DNA from: an uncultured Roseburia sp.
GTDB taxonomy: Bacteria > Bacillota > Clostridia > Lachnospirales > Lachnospiraceae
Direction: 5' to 3'
Length of the DNA: 64,000 nucleotides
Assembly (NCBI GenBank): GCA_964491235.1
Contig: CAZBFN010000007.1
Coordinates: 54,728-118,727, forward strand
Every line of letters starts with the position of its first letter. Within the stretch, counting starts at the first letter, position 1. Shown here in pieces: positions 1 to 10,501 of this stretch. Under the pieces are notes generated by a model, which was not told the origin of the DNA, searched no databases, and was given only the letters and a program-made list of their open reading frames with translations. The position numbers and the translations under genes are program-made.

Positions 1-81
1 ACAGGGATGCAAGCAGTGCCTCCCTATCCTCATCAAATGCTTCATCATCATAATGCGCATGTGTTTCAAATATCATACTTA

Positions 82-2940
82 CTATTCTTCCTTACTTACT
101 GGCTTTGTAGCCTTTTTTCGACGACGCCATAAGATATAGCATACAACCACGACAAGGATGCCAGCTCCACCACCAATCATCAGATATCCATTATCCTCCG
201 CTGGCAGGGTAACCACTGCAAAATCTGCTCCAAATGGAAGATCTACTACCAGATAACTGCCATCCGTCCGTGCTTCTACTTCCATCCAACCATTCTCACC
301 CTTGATCCATACACCGATGCGCTCTGCATCCTCTGGGATAACTAAGTGAGCCTCCATTGTCTCATATGCTTTTTCTCTATCACATGACAATTGCCATGCA
401 TAAGCATACGCTATATTTGCCTCAGTGTCCAGCGTTTCCGGTCCACTTATCTCCTGAAGATCAAGCTCGGTTCCTTCATAGAATTCTCCTGCCACAAGAA
501 GAACTGGCTTTCCAGCTTCTGTTGTCTCGTTGCTTGCAACACTCTCCGTCCAAGGAACATATTCTGCCTCCACGGTAAGATTTTCACAGATATCGGTCAA
601 TGACTCTAGACCCGGCCACTCCACATAATAACCTTCCTTCTCTGGCACCGTTGGAAGATCTGCCTCTGAAAGCTGACCGCCATAGGCAATTTCTTCTTTG
701 GCTAGAATTCCATCCTCGGTCTGGAAGATAATGTTCACACGGGAAAATCCCTCTGGTATCTCCTCCATCGCCATAACTTCCTCGTAAGACACCTTATCTG
801 CAGCTCCAGCATAGCTGATATTATCAATACCATGCATATTGTCACTGACAAAATAATTTCCCGCTACTGTGCCCTCCTTTTCCAGAAGACCAGCAATGCT
901 GCCCAAGCATTCTCCATCACTTTCAATCTCTGAAATACTGATACAATCCTTAATCGTATATCCCTTTCCACAGATACCACCCACATAGTCTGTACCAGAG
1001 AGATTGCACTGACTATAACTCTTTTCCACGGTACCAGCGCTCTTTCCTACGATACCACCAAGGTAGCTTCCCGTATCAGCGGTAACCTGACCATATCCTT
1101 CACAATCATAGATAAAGCCCAACTCCTGTAATCCCGTGATACCTCCCGCGCAATTCTTCTTCGCTGTGACTGTACCATAATTAATGCAATGTATCATGAC
1201 ATCATTCACCGTAGAGCGCAAGGTCACATTGGAGGACTCTGTCATATCCAGATCATATTCTGGATCACCGTCATATTCAATATTCATAGTACCAGCGATA
1301 CCGCCCACATTTAGGTCTCCCTGTATCTCTCCATAGTTCTTGCATCCAGATATGACTCCATCCATGTTCTCTGCCGTTGCAAGAGATGAAATATCCTCCA
1401 CCAGCTCCTCATCTCCACTCAAGATGGCAAGATCATCACTGATAGAATCCGTAATCTGGTTTGCCTGATTAATAGCACTGTTCATGCTATTCGTCATAGA
1501 CTGCAATCCACTATCCACAGTATTGGCAATTTCCCTGATATTCTCTGTACGGTTCTGGCTTTGCAGCTGAGCAGCCACATTATTGCCCAATGCCTCTGCC
1601 GACTGCTCCGTTCCAGCATATGCGCCCTGCATATTTCCAAGGTTATCCTGTATCGTTCCCAGATTATCCTGTATCTGCTGTATCTGCTCATCCGTAAGAT
1701 TCTCCCCACCGGACTGAATGTTTTGAATCTCCTGTAATGCAGCATTGATATCTCCAGCATATCCCTGCGCCTGTGCATTAGACTGACTCACAGAACTTGT
1801 CAGAGTACCGATATTTCCTGAAATATCGCTCATAGCCGCTGCATACTGTTCATTTAAAATCTGTGTCTGCTGCTTTACTGCTGCCGAGGTAGAGCTTAAG
1901 GTAGAAGAGATATTATTCAAGGTATTGCTAAGTCGCTTTACATCATCCTGTGTCTGGCGCAGCTTGTCCTCCAAATACTCGGACTCCACATATGGCTCCG
2001 CCTGTCCCGCGATGCCGCCCACATCCTTTCTACCATATACCTTTCCCTCATTGGTAGAATTAAGGACAATACCATTCTGACTTCCTACGATGCCGCCCAC
2101 ATTGTAGCCAGTATGCTTGTAACCAATGGTTCCTTCATTCTTACAATCCGTAATCACACCAGAAGAATATCCAGCAATTCCTCCACTGTCATTGCGGTTA
2201 ATTACATTTTGTGTCACATTAAAGGAGCTCACATCCATACCTGCTAGATCCAATGTCGGTTCTAATTCTTCAATATTGACACTGCTCTTGCTCTGGCAAC
2301 CTGACACAAGACCTTCATTCGTTCCTACGATGCCGCCTGTATAATTTGTCGCCATCACTACTGCATCTGCGCTACAATCTAGAATCTCTCCTGCACTCTT
2401 ATTGCTTCCTGCGATACCACCAACAGAGTCAATTCCACTTACCGCTCCCGAAAAAGAGCAATGATTGACGGTTCCATAATTCACACCCACGAGTCCACCA
2501 ATATTTTCCTGTGTGCCAGTAGGGGCAATCGAACCGGACAGATTCAGATTCTTTACTTCTCCCGTCTCTCCAATATAGCGGAAAAATCCATAATCCGATC
2601 CCTTCGGCTTGAGATTCATATTTGTGATCTCATGACTATTTCCCTCAAACACGCCATTAAAATATGCGATGCCATCAAAGTCAACACCACTAAGATCCAA
2701 ATCCACCGTTAGGCTAATGGTCTTTCCAATACTCCAGCTATCATACTTACAATTTTCTACAAAGGCGAGAAAATCCTCTGTACTTTTAATCTCGATAAAA
2801 TTCTCCGATAACTCGTCTCCTGCCTCTTGATTGCTCTCGCTAGTCGGTTCTCCATAGACTGCCGACACAGAGGTTGACACAAGCGATAGACTTAAGCACA
2901 ATGCCAGTAGACTTTTTTTCATTAGTTCTTTTCTCTTCAT
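82..2940 (-). CDS. Secreted, membrane-anchored GLUG-motif (beta-helix) surface protein with a central coiled-coil insert
   Basis: N-terminal signal peptide; about 10 GLUG-like motifs (GGLVG/GGIAG/GGIVG); Q/N-rich helical segment at about aa 325-505; C-terminal TM helix followed by RRRKK; start overlaps the MMPL stop (ATGA). Confidence 0.75.
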   Translation of the reverse strand: MKRKELMKKSLLALCLSLSLVSTSVSAVYGEPTSESNQEAGDELSENFIEIKSTEDFLAFVENCKYDSWSIGKTISLTVDLDLSGVDFDGIAYFNGVFEGNSHEITNMNLKPKGSDYGFFRYIGETGEVKNLNLSGSIAPTGTQENIGGLVGVNYGTVNHCSFSGAVSGIDSVGGIAGSNKSAGEILDCSADAVVMATNYTGGIVGTNEGLVSGCQSKSSVNIEELEPTLDLAGMDVSSFNVTQNVINRNDSGGIAGYSSGVITDCKNEGTIGYKHTGYNVGGIVGSQNGIVLNSTNEGKVYGRKDVGGIAGQAEPYVESEYLEDKLRQTQDDVKRLSNTLNNISSTLSSTSAAVKQQTQILNEQYAAAMSDISGNIGTLTSSVSQSNAQAQGYAGDINAALQEIQNIQSGGENLTDEQIQQIQDNLGTIQDNLGNMQGAYAGTEQSAEALGNNVAAQLQSQNRTENIREIANTVDSGLQSMTNSMNSAINQANQITDSISDDLAILSGDEELVEDISSLATAENMDGVISGCKNYGEIQGDLNVGGIAGTMNIEYDGDPEYDLDMTESSNVTLRSTVNDVMIHCINYGTVTAKKNCAGGITGLQELGFIYDCEGYGQVTADTGSYLGGIVGKSAGTVEKSYSQCNLSGTDYVGGICGKGYTIKDCISISEIESDGECLGSIAGLLEKEGTVAGNYFVSDNMHGIDNISYAGAADKVSYEEVMAMEEIPEGFSRVNIIFQTEDGILAKEEIAYGGQLSEADLPTVPEKEGYYVEWPGLESLTDICENLTVEAEYVPWTESVASNETTEAGKPVLLVAGEFYEGTELDLQEISGPETLDTEANIAYAYAWQLSCDREKAYETMEAHLVIPEDAERIGVWIKGENGWMEVEARTDGSYLVVDLPFGADFAVVTLPAEDNGYLMIGGGAGILVVVVCYILWRRRKKATKPVSKEE

Positions 2941-5507
2941 GCCTGTGTACCTCCTTCCTCAATCACTTCTGTGGCAGATGTTTCCTCCGTCACTTCTGTG
3001 ACAGATAATTCCTCCATCACTTCCGCGACATTCTCCTTTTGTTCTAGGCAATCCTGTTCCAAGTGGGTGACCTGTCCCTGACGTCCTGGAATCACAGTAT
3101 CCATAGATACCTGCATCTGTCCCTGAAATACACCCTGTATATCTGCGTCAATCTCACCCTGTACATAGCCCCGAACATGACCACTTACACGCACGCGGCC
3201 TGCAATATCCTTCTGCTCCCTTGAGAGGTTAATGGTAAGAGCACTCTTCTCGATAATGAAATCTCCAAACAATAAAATCTGCGGCAACACGAAAAGTACA
3301 ATAATAATAGAAGTCAACGTACCTCGTCCCAATGCCGTTCCAACAGATGAAATCGTAGCATCCGTTGATATATTACCAATCAAAAATCCCGCACAGGTCA
3401 TAATGGTTCCCGATGTAAATATAGTCGGGAATGCCTGATTTAAGGTATCAATCATCGCCTGCTCTAATGGTTCTTCGTACTTTAACTGCATATAACGGCT
3501 GGAAATAACGATCGCGTAGTCGATGGTCGCTCCCATCTGAATGGAAGATACCACAAGGTACGCAAGGAAGTATATTCCCTGATTCTGTAATGCTGGTATC
3601 GTAAAGTTGATCCAGATACTTCCCTGAATCGCCAATACCAACAGAACTGGCAATCCTGCCGACTGGAAGGTAAAGAACAGGATAATCATAACGAATAACG
3701 CCGTCATTACACTGATGATAATATTATCAGTCGCAAAGGAGCTCTCCAAATCGTGGGCGCTGGTAGAATTTCCTGCCAACACTACCGTTCCCTCACCATA
3801 ATATTTCTCCGCAATATCCCGGATCTCCTCCATGGCATCATAAGTCTCCTGTCCCTCCACAGGCTTATCGAGGCTTATAACAAATCGAGTATAATTCTCG
3901 CCCTGAAGCTGCAACTGCGCATCGTGAAGAGTATCATAAAGTTCATTGACCATCTCATCCATGTCTGCATCCAGCTTGACATACCCCTCCTGATACTGAT
4001 CGTATAAGAACAGGATCATATCAATAATCGGCACCTCGTACTCGTCAATTCCCGTCACCACAGGTCCATAGGTCTCCTGATCGTAGGCGTAGGCTGCATA
4101 CAGCATCTCTACGATCTCAATATCCAGCTCTGTGAACTCTGCGAACTGCCGCGGTGTGATCTTATCCGTCAGAGTATAATCATCATTGATACTCTGATTC
4201 GCCAATCCCAACGCTGAGGTAACATAAGGCAGCTCCTCCAGCTTTGCAAGAGTCTTTGCCTCTGCTTCATAACTTCCACTTGGAACCATTACCACTAGCT
4301 GATTATTCTTACCAAAGACCTCTTCCACCTTTTCCGTGGCAACTCTGGACTCGCTCTTCTTAGAATTCTCTACGGAATTTACGTCATATAAGTATTTACA
4401 ATTGCTGGATAAGAAAAATGCAATCACGATTATCACGATAAATACTGGTGGTATGACATACTTTGTCTTCGCCGCAAGCTTTCCCACAAAGGGAATGTTT
4501 GGCACGAAGCTTCTATGGTGTGTCCTGTCGATTCCCTTGGCAAACATAAGTAATAGTCCCGGTGTAAAAAAGAATACCGTTATCAAGCTCAGTAAAATTG
4601 CCTTCACCAACACGATACCCAGATCGTAGCCCAGCTTGAACTGCATCAGCATCAACGCCACCATACCAGAAATAGTGGTAAGGGAGGACGCACTGATCTC
4701 TGGAATCGCCTTAGACAATGCCACCTTCATGGCTTCTTCCACCTCCAAGGTCTCATGCTCCTCCATGAATCGATCACATAAAATAATGGCATAATCAATT
4801 CCCATCGCCAACTGCAACACTACCGCGATGGAATTCGTCACAAAGGATATCTCGCCAAACCAGTAGTTGGTTCCCATATTCAGAATCGCCGCCACTCCAA
4901 AGGTAAGGAGCAGGACTGGAATCTCCATATATGCCTTTGTAGAGATAAACAGTACGATTATAATAATGATGACAGCCATTACCAGAATGACGCTCATCTC
5001 CTGATTCAGGCTCTCCACGCTTTCTTCTACTGATCCAATGGTGGTAGCTACATAGAGATCATAATCCGACAATTCCTCCTTCACGTTCTTAATTGCCGCG
5101 ATACTGATTGCATCCTCATCCGTTCCATCCACAGTGACATCAAACAGGGCATTCGTTCCCGTATAATGATCTTCTGTGTCATCAAAAGTAACAGATTTGA
5201 TACCTTCTACATTTTCGATCCGCTCCACCAGCTCTTCGGCATCTTCATAAGTAATATTCGCCACCATCACTCTAGCCGAACCGTAGGTGATAAATTCATC
5301 CTCCATAATGGTGAGTCCCCGTCTCGTCTCACTCTCCGCTGGAAGATAGGAGGTAATATCCTGATTTACCGACACCTTATTCACTGACAACACGCTGTAA
5401 ATAATCGCAAAAACAAATAAAATCACGATCGCCTTTCGCTTATTTACAACAAAAGTCGCCACATCAAGCCAGAAATTACGCTTCTCTTTTTCCTGCTTTT
5501 GTTCCAT
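2937..5507 (-). CDS. MMPL/RND family transporter
   Basis: Two TM modules with extracellular loops; GIDYAII and TIDYAIV motifs; start moved to MEQKQ (ATG 5507, RBS AGAGGG). Confidence 0.9.
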   Translation of the reverse strand: MEQKQEKEKRNFWLDVATFVVNKRKAIVILFVFAIIYSVLSVNKVSVNQDITSYLPAESETRRGLTIMEDEFITYGSARVMVANITYEDAEELVERIENVEGIKSVTFDDTEDHYTGTNALFDVTVDGTDEDAISIAAIKNVKEELSDYDLYVATTIGSVEESVESLNQEMSVILVMAVIIIIIVLFISTKAYMEIPVLLLTFGVAAILNMGTNYWFGEISFVTNSIAVVLQLAMGIDYAIILCDRFMEEHETLEVEEAMKVALSKAIPEISASSLTTISGMVALMLMQFKLGYDLGIVLVKAILLSLITVFFFTPGLLLMFAKGIDRTHHRSFVPNIPFVGKLAAKTKYVIPPVFIVIIVIAFFLSSNCKYLYDVNSVENSKKSESRVATEKVEEVFGKNNQLVVMVPSGSYEAEAKTLAKLEELPYVTSALGLANQSINDDYTLTDKITPRQFAEFTELDIEIVEMLYAAYAYDQETYGPVVTGIDEYEVPIIDMILFLYDQYQEGYVKLDADMDEMVNELYDTLHDAQLQLQGENYTRFVISLDKPVEGQETYDAMEEIRDIAEKYYGEGTVVLAGNSTSAHDLESSFATDNIIISVMTALFVMIILFFTFQSAGLPVLLVLAIQGSIWINFTIPALQNQGIYFLAYLVVSSIQMGATIDYAIVISSRYMQLKYEEPLEQAMIDTLNQAFPTIFTSGTIMTCAGFLIGNISTDATISSVGTALGRGTLTSIIIVLFVLPQILLFGDFIIEKSALTINLSREQKDIAGRVRVSGHVRGYVQGEIDADIQGVFQGQMQVSMDTVIPGRQGQVTHLEQDCLEQKENVAEVMEELSVTEVTEETSATEVIEEGGTQA

Positions 5508-5619
5508 CCGTATCCCTCTTTCGTTTCTTAACATTGTGTTGATTTATTCATTTGTTCTCATTATAATAAATCTAAAAAATCTGCTCAATCATCATGTGAT
5601 TTCATTGCGTCTAATAATG

Positions 5620-5632
5620 AACAGATTCTGTT
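5620..5632. promoter_or_regulatory. Candidate TetR operator (AACAGA-T-TCTGTT)
   Basis: 6-1-6 palindrome in the divergent MMPL/TetR intergenic region. Confidence 0.35.
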
Positions 5633-5679
5633 TTTGTGTTGATTGTTTTGAAAAATTTAAGAATTAAAGGAGATTGCTT

Positions 5680-6309
5680 ATGCCAGAATTGGAAAATAAA
5701 ACCTCTGACTCCAACGCTCTGCCGACAGATAAGACAGACCGTCGTGTACGGCGCACAAAAGCTCTACTTATCGACGCTTTCATAACACTGCTGGAATCTA
5801 AGCCAATAAAAGATATTACAGTAAAAGAATTGTGTGATACCGCAGACCTAAACCGCGGCACCTTTTATCTCCATTACAAAGATATATACGATATGATTGA
5901 GCAGCTAGAAACGGATATTCTGAATGAATTTCAAGGTCTGATCCAGCATTATGATATTGCTGATTCAGACCCTACCCGCCCGTACATGCTTCTTCATAAT
6001 ATTTTTCGATTTGCCGCCGACAATGCCGCTCTATGCCGGGTACTCTTAAGTGCGAACGGTGATATTTCCTTTTTAATCAATATCAAGTCGCTGTTCCGAG
6101 ACTTCTACCTAAGACTCTGCATTGTCACCTTCGGGGAAAATGATTATAGCCGTTATGAATATTCCTACGACTTCATCGCCTCCGGCTGTGTCGGCTTGAT
6201 TGAAAGCTGGCTTTCCTCCGAGCATCCCAAGCCACCGGAAGAGATCGCAGCCCTTGCCAGCAACATCATCGGCACTGGTATCAACTCGCTGAACGCCATG
6301 GATTTCTAA
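5680..6309 (+). CDS. TetR/AcrR family transcriptional regulator
   Basis: DRRVRRTK lead-in and HTH ITVKELCDTADLNRGTFYLHY; RBS AAAGGAG before ATG 5680. Confidence 0.93.
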   Translation: MPELENKTSDSNALPTDKTDRRVRRTKALLIDAFITLLESKPIKDITVKELCDTADLNRGTFYLHYKDIYDMIEQLETDILNEFQGLIQHYDIADSDPTRPYMLLHNIFRFAADNAALCRVLLSANGDISFLINIKSLFRDFYLRLCIVTFGENDYSRYEYSYDFIASGCVGLIESWLSSEHPKPPEEIAALASNIIGTGINSLNAMDF

Positions 6310-6316
6310 TCCATGG

Positions 6317-6943
6317 CTAACAGTTCTTATAATAGAACACTGCTAGCTGAGTTCGATCCCGCAGCTGCAATTTTTCTAAAATCGTGCTGATATAATTCCG
6401 CACGGTTCCCTCGCTCAAATATAGCTTCTCCGCGATTTCCCGGTTGCTAAGCCCCTCTGCCACCAGCTCAATAATTCCCTGCTCCTTCTCGCTGATATCA
6501 TACTGGGCATAATCCACTTCGCCCTTTCCCTGCATTAGTACTGGAATCTTACCTACGATCTCACCACCAAATACGCTCTGTCCGCCGTTGACCGCCTTAA
6601 GTGCTGGCACGATTCCTTCAAAATCCTGCTTCAGCAGATATCCCTTCGCTCCGATATTTAAAGCCTTTACAATATATTCATCATCTGAAAAGGTGGTCAA
6701 AAACAGAATTTTTGCCGCTCCAAATTCTTTCAAAATGCACTCTGCTGCTTCTAGTCCCGTCATTCCTTCCATACGAATATCCATCAAAAGCACATCTGGC
6801 TGATGCTCACGGTACAGCCCAATTGCTTCTTCTCCGCTGTGTCCCATACCAACAACAGTTATCGTTCCATCTGCCTCCAATATTGTCTTTAATGATATTG
6901 CGACCAGTTTATCATCATCCACCACTAATACTCTCATACTCAC
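6317..6943 (-). CDS. NarL/LuxR-type response regulator
   Basis: VDDD, LMDIRM and LLK receiver motifs; LuxR HTH GLSNREIAEKLYLSEGTVRNY. Confidence 0.95.
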   Translation of the reverse strand: MSMRVLVVDDDKLVAISLKTILEADGTITVVGMGHSGEEAIGLYREHQPDVLLMDIRMEGMTGLEAAECILKEFGAAKILFLTTFSDDEYIVKALNIGAKGYLLKQDFEGIVPALKAVNGGQSVFGGEIVGKIPVLMQGKGEVDYAQYDISEKEQGIIELVAEGLSNREIAEKLYLSEGTVRNYISTILEKLQLRDRTQLAVFYYKNC

Positions 6944-8055
6944 GTCCTCTCTCCATTCTGCTGTTTTGGAATGGATATAAATATCTGAAACCCTTTCTCT
7001 CTATGAATACGGAAGGTTCCATGCAGTGCCTCGACCCGCTCTCTCATATTTCCAAGTCCAATTCCTTCGCTGCCCATAGAGCCGGTTCCTGCGTCTCCCT
7101 GCTTTCCCGCCTTGGTTCCTCCGTTATCCTCCACCGTCAATTGATAGAAGCCCGGATGCTCCCGCAGAATCAATCCGATCTGATCTGCGTCGGAATGCTT
7201 TACGATATTAGACATTGCTTCCTTAATCGTGGTAATAAAGCAATACTTTACATTGCGCGGAACTTCCGGTGACATATCGTAATCTATTGACACTCGATAC
7301 CGCTCCCGCATCTCACGCGTGGCATCCATAATCGCCTGTCGCAGGTCAATCGAGTCGTCGTGCAGATCGTGTACACTTTCCCGAATGCTGTTCATCGCCT
7401 GATTCAAGGTCTCATTCACACTTCCTAACTGCTCATGAAGTGGCTCTTCCTTATGTATCGTAGTAAGTGCTCCAATCTGCAAAATACTTCGAGACAGCAT
7501 ATGTCCCACGTTATCGTGAATCTCCCTTGCAATTCGGTTACGCTCCCGCAAGGTCGCCAGATAGATCTCATAGTCCTGCTTTTCCATCAGGTTCTTATTT
7601 TTTTCCCGAAGCACCATGTTCAGCTCTGTACTGGTGTCCCGCAACCGTATCATTTCCGCTTCCAGATGTTCCATTCGCCCCGTTCTTCTTCCCAGCACAA
7701 TGCCTATCCCAAGAAGCACGATCCATATCATCAATTCCGCCGCGCTCATCCACTGGTTATTTACATAGTACACCGCATATACTGGGGCTGTACCATAACA
7801 GATCCATAGCCTACGCTCCATGGCACAGTCATAATATATAATAGGTAAAAAGTAGATCAGCTCTGGCAGAGCAAAACATGCCACTAGAAAAAGTATCATA
7901 TAGACGCTTCTACTCTTAATATCCGTCACACAGCTTCCCAGTGACGCTGCAATGATTCCCAGTAATGCCGCCACTACCGGAGCTGCCGAATCGGAATATC
8001 CCACCAAAAGCACTCCCAGCAAAAGGAGGACTCCTTTATCCACAATCTTTGTCAT
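6940..8055 (-). CDS. Sensor histidine kinase (HisKA_3 type)
   Basis: ERNRIAREIHDNVGH, NIVKHS, DNG and GIGLGNMRER motifs; N-terminal TM helices. Confidence 0.95.
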   Translation of the reverse strand: MTKIVDKGVLLLLGVLLVGYSDSAAPVVAALLGIIAASLGSCVTDIKSRSVYMILFLVACFALPELIYFLPIIYYDCAMERRLWICYGTAPVYAVYYVNNQWMSAAELMIWIVLLGIGIVLGRRTGRMEHLEAEMIRLRDTSTELNMVLREKNKNLMEKQDYEIYLATLRERNRIAREIHDNVGHMLSRSILQIGALTTIHKEEPLHEQLGSVNETLNQAMNSIRESVHDLHDDSIDLRQAIMDATREMRERYRVSIDYDMSPEVPRNVKYCFITTIKEAMSNIVKHSDADQIGLILREHPGFYQLTVEDNGGTKAGKQGDAGTGSMGSEGIGLGNMRERVEALHGTFRIHREKGFQIFISIPKQQNGERT

Positions 8056-8156
8056 AATTCTCCTTGTTTTCCCACAATCAGTCTCTTTTTTCTATACTAT
8101 AACGATAACATTTCCCCCCGCTAGTTGCCAGATTTTTTTCTTTTAGATAAATTTTC

Positions 8157-8170
8157 GTGACATTTGTCAC
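8157..8170. promoter_or_regulatory. Palindrome GTGACA-TT-TGTCAC, candidate NarL-type response regulator site
   Basis: Perfect inverted repeat about 50 bp upstream of TATAAT (8221-8226), which has no good -35. Confidence 0.55.
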
Positions 8171-8276
8171 ATCACATGCTGACGCTCCTCACTTACACCA
8201 AAAGTCTCTCTTCGCTATACTATAATCATAAAGTAAGGTATGCATATTTTGACAGAAATCATAAGGAGGATATGTT

Positions 8277-9218
8277 ATGAATACACCTGTTGTAAAAATT
8301 GAGAATCTTGTAAAACGCTATCAGGAATTGGTAGCTTTAGACCATTTCAACCTGACCATTGAGGAAGGTGAGATCTTCGGTCTGCTGGGTCCAAACGGTT
8401 CTGGTAAGACGACCACCATCAACTGTATCTTGTCCCTGCTGGCTTTTGACAAGGGAACCATCGAGGTCTTCGGCAAGGAGATGCGCCCAGACAGCTACGA
8501 TTTAAAACGCCAGATCGGCGTGGTCATGCAGAATGTAGCCGTTTTCGACGAACTGACCGTATATGAGAACATCGATTACTTCTGCGGTCTTTATATTCGG
8601 GATAAGGCACTCCGCAGACAGTATGTAGAGGACGCCATTGACTTTGTAGGCTTACAGGAGTTCCGAAAATTCTATCCACGAAAGCTCTCTGGCGGTCTGT
8701 TAAGACGACTGAACATCGCCTGCGGTATTGCCCATAAGCCAAAGCTTATCATCTTAGATGAGCCGACCGTGGCAGTTGACCCACAGAGCCGTAATAAAAT
8801 TCTGGAAGGAATTCAGGAGCTGAATCGTCAGGGTGCCACCATCATCTACACCTCCCATTATATGGAGGAAGTGGAGCAGATCTGTACCCGCATCGCCATC
8901 ATGGATAAGGGTAAGAATCTCGCCATCGGCACCAATGAAGAGTTAAAGCGAATGATTAAAAAGAGCGAGATCATCTCCATCGATATCTTAGACCTGCTGC
9001 CAGAACAAATCACTGCCATCCGCGAATTGAAGCATGTCTATGAAGTGACCTTTGAAAATCATTGCCTTAAGGTACTATGCAGCGGCGGTAAGCACAATCT
9101 GCCACGAATCTTAGAATATTTGCAGTCCCAGGACATCTCCTTCGGAAGAGTATATTCTGAACTGCCGACCTTAAATGATGTATTTCTGGAAATTACTGGA
9201 AAAGAATTAAGAGATTAG
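8277..9218 (+). CDS. ABC-2 type exporter ATP-binding protein
   Basis: GPNGSGKT, LSGG and ILDEPT motifs; RBS AAGGAGG. Confidence 0.95.
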   Translation: MNTPVVKIENLVKRYQELVALDHFNLTIEEGEIFGLLGPNGSGKTTTINCILSLLAFDKGTIEVFGKEMRPDSYDLKRQIGVVMQNVAVFDELTVYENIDYFCGLYIRDKALRRQYVEDAIDFVGLQEFRKFYPRKLSGGLLRRLNIACGIAHKPKLIILDEPTVAVDPQSRNKILEGIQELNRQGATIIYTSHYMEEVEQICTRIAIMDKGKNLAIGTNEELKRMIKKSEIISIDILDLLPEQITAIRELKHVYEVTFENHCLKVLCSGGKHNLPRILEYLQSQDISFGRVYSELPTLNDVFLEITGKELRD

Positions 9219-9229
9219 GAGGTAGCCCC

Positions 9230-10501
9230 ATGTTTTTTCATTCTATGAAATATACGTTTCTTGAATTGATTCGTGATAAGAGCTCTGTCTTCTGGTGCTT
9301 CGCCTTTCCACTGATACTGGGAACCCTGTTTTCCTTCGCCTTTGGAGGATTAGGCACAGAGGAAAGCTTCTCCCCGATTGCTGTGGCTGTGGTAATCGAT
9401 GAGTCCACAGAGGAAGCGCTTCCGCCAGAAATGCTCCAAATGGTAGGTATCTCAGAAGAATCTATCACAGCTTTTGACCAGTCCGAGAGCATCCGTGCCA
9501 TGTTCGATGGCATGTCCGAGCCTGGTGAAGACCAGTTTTTGATCGTGACCTACGCAGACGAAGAGGAAGCCCTTGATCTCCTTGAGAAAAAAGAGGTTTA
9601 CGGCATCATCAACGTTGATATGCCACAAATTTCTGATTATATCTTGGCAGAGAGCAAGGATGACCTTAATACCGCACCATTACAGCTTACTATCTCTGCA
9701 GAAATGAATTCCGATCCGCTGTTTCAGAGTATTCTTAGCTGTTTTGTGGAGCAGTTCAATATGCAGTACGATACTATCAGCACCATTGCAATGGAAAATC
9801 CACAGAAGTTGCCAGAATTGATGGAATCTATCAACATTGAGACAGATTATCTGGTGGAAGAATCCTTAGGCGCAGACTCTCTTGACGAAGCCTCCACCTA
9901 TTTTTTCAATCTGATTGCAATGACCTGTATGTTCGCCGCCATGGCAGGCAATGCTGTTGCCATTCACAATCAGGCAAACCTTTCCAGTCTTGGAGCCCGC
10001 AGGAACGTATCTCCAATGCACCGCCTAGTCGCCATCCTTGGAGACCTTTCCGCGTCACTGGCATATGAGTTCATGACACTGGTGGTAGCATTACTCTATT
10101 TTACCTTTGTTCTTGATATAGACTTTGGAAATCAGTTCGGCTTTGTTCTGCTCACCGCATTTATCGGTTGCGTGACCGGAATCAGTTTTGGCTTTTTTAT
10201 TGGCAGTATCGGACGTTTTAACGAGAATACCAAATTCGGTATCCTGATGGCGGTCAGCATGATTGGCTGTTTCTTAAGCGGTCTTATGATTGGAAACATG
10301 CGTATGCTGGTAGATAAGGTATGCCCACTGATCAACCACATCAATCCATCCGCACTGATTGCTGATGCGCTATATTCCTTGGCGATTTATCCGTCACATG
10401 AACGATTTTTCACAAATATTGCAAGCCTGCTTGTTATTTCCGCACTGTTTTGTCTCGGCGGCTTCGCAATGGTAAGGAGGAGAAAATATGCAAGTCTTTA
10501 A
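9230..10501 (+). CDS. ABC-2 family permease
   Basis: N-terminal TM helix, large extracellular loop, 5 C-terminal TM helices; in operon with the ATPase. Confidence 0.9.
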   Translation: MFFHSMKYTFLELIRDKSSVFWCFAFPLILGTLFSFAFGGLGTEESFSPIAVAVVIDESTEEALPPEMLQMVGISEESITAFDQSESIRAMFDGMSEPGEDQFLIVTYADEEEALDLLEKKEVYGIINVDMPQISDYILAESKDDLNTAPLQLTISAEMNSDPLFQSILSCFVEQFNMQYDTISTIAMENPQKLPELMESINIETDYLVEESLGADSLDEASTYFFNLIAMTCMFAAMAGNAVAIHNQANLSSLGARRNVSPMHRLVAILGDLSASLAYEFMTLVVALLYFTFVLDIDFGNQFGFVLLTAFIGCVTGISFGFFIGSIGRFNENTKFGILMAVSMIGCFLSGLMIGNMRMLVDKVCPLINHINPSALIADALYSLAIYPSHERFFTNIASLLVISALFCLGGFAMVRRRKYASL

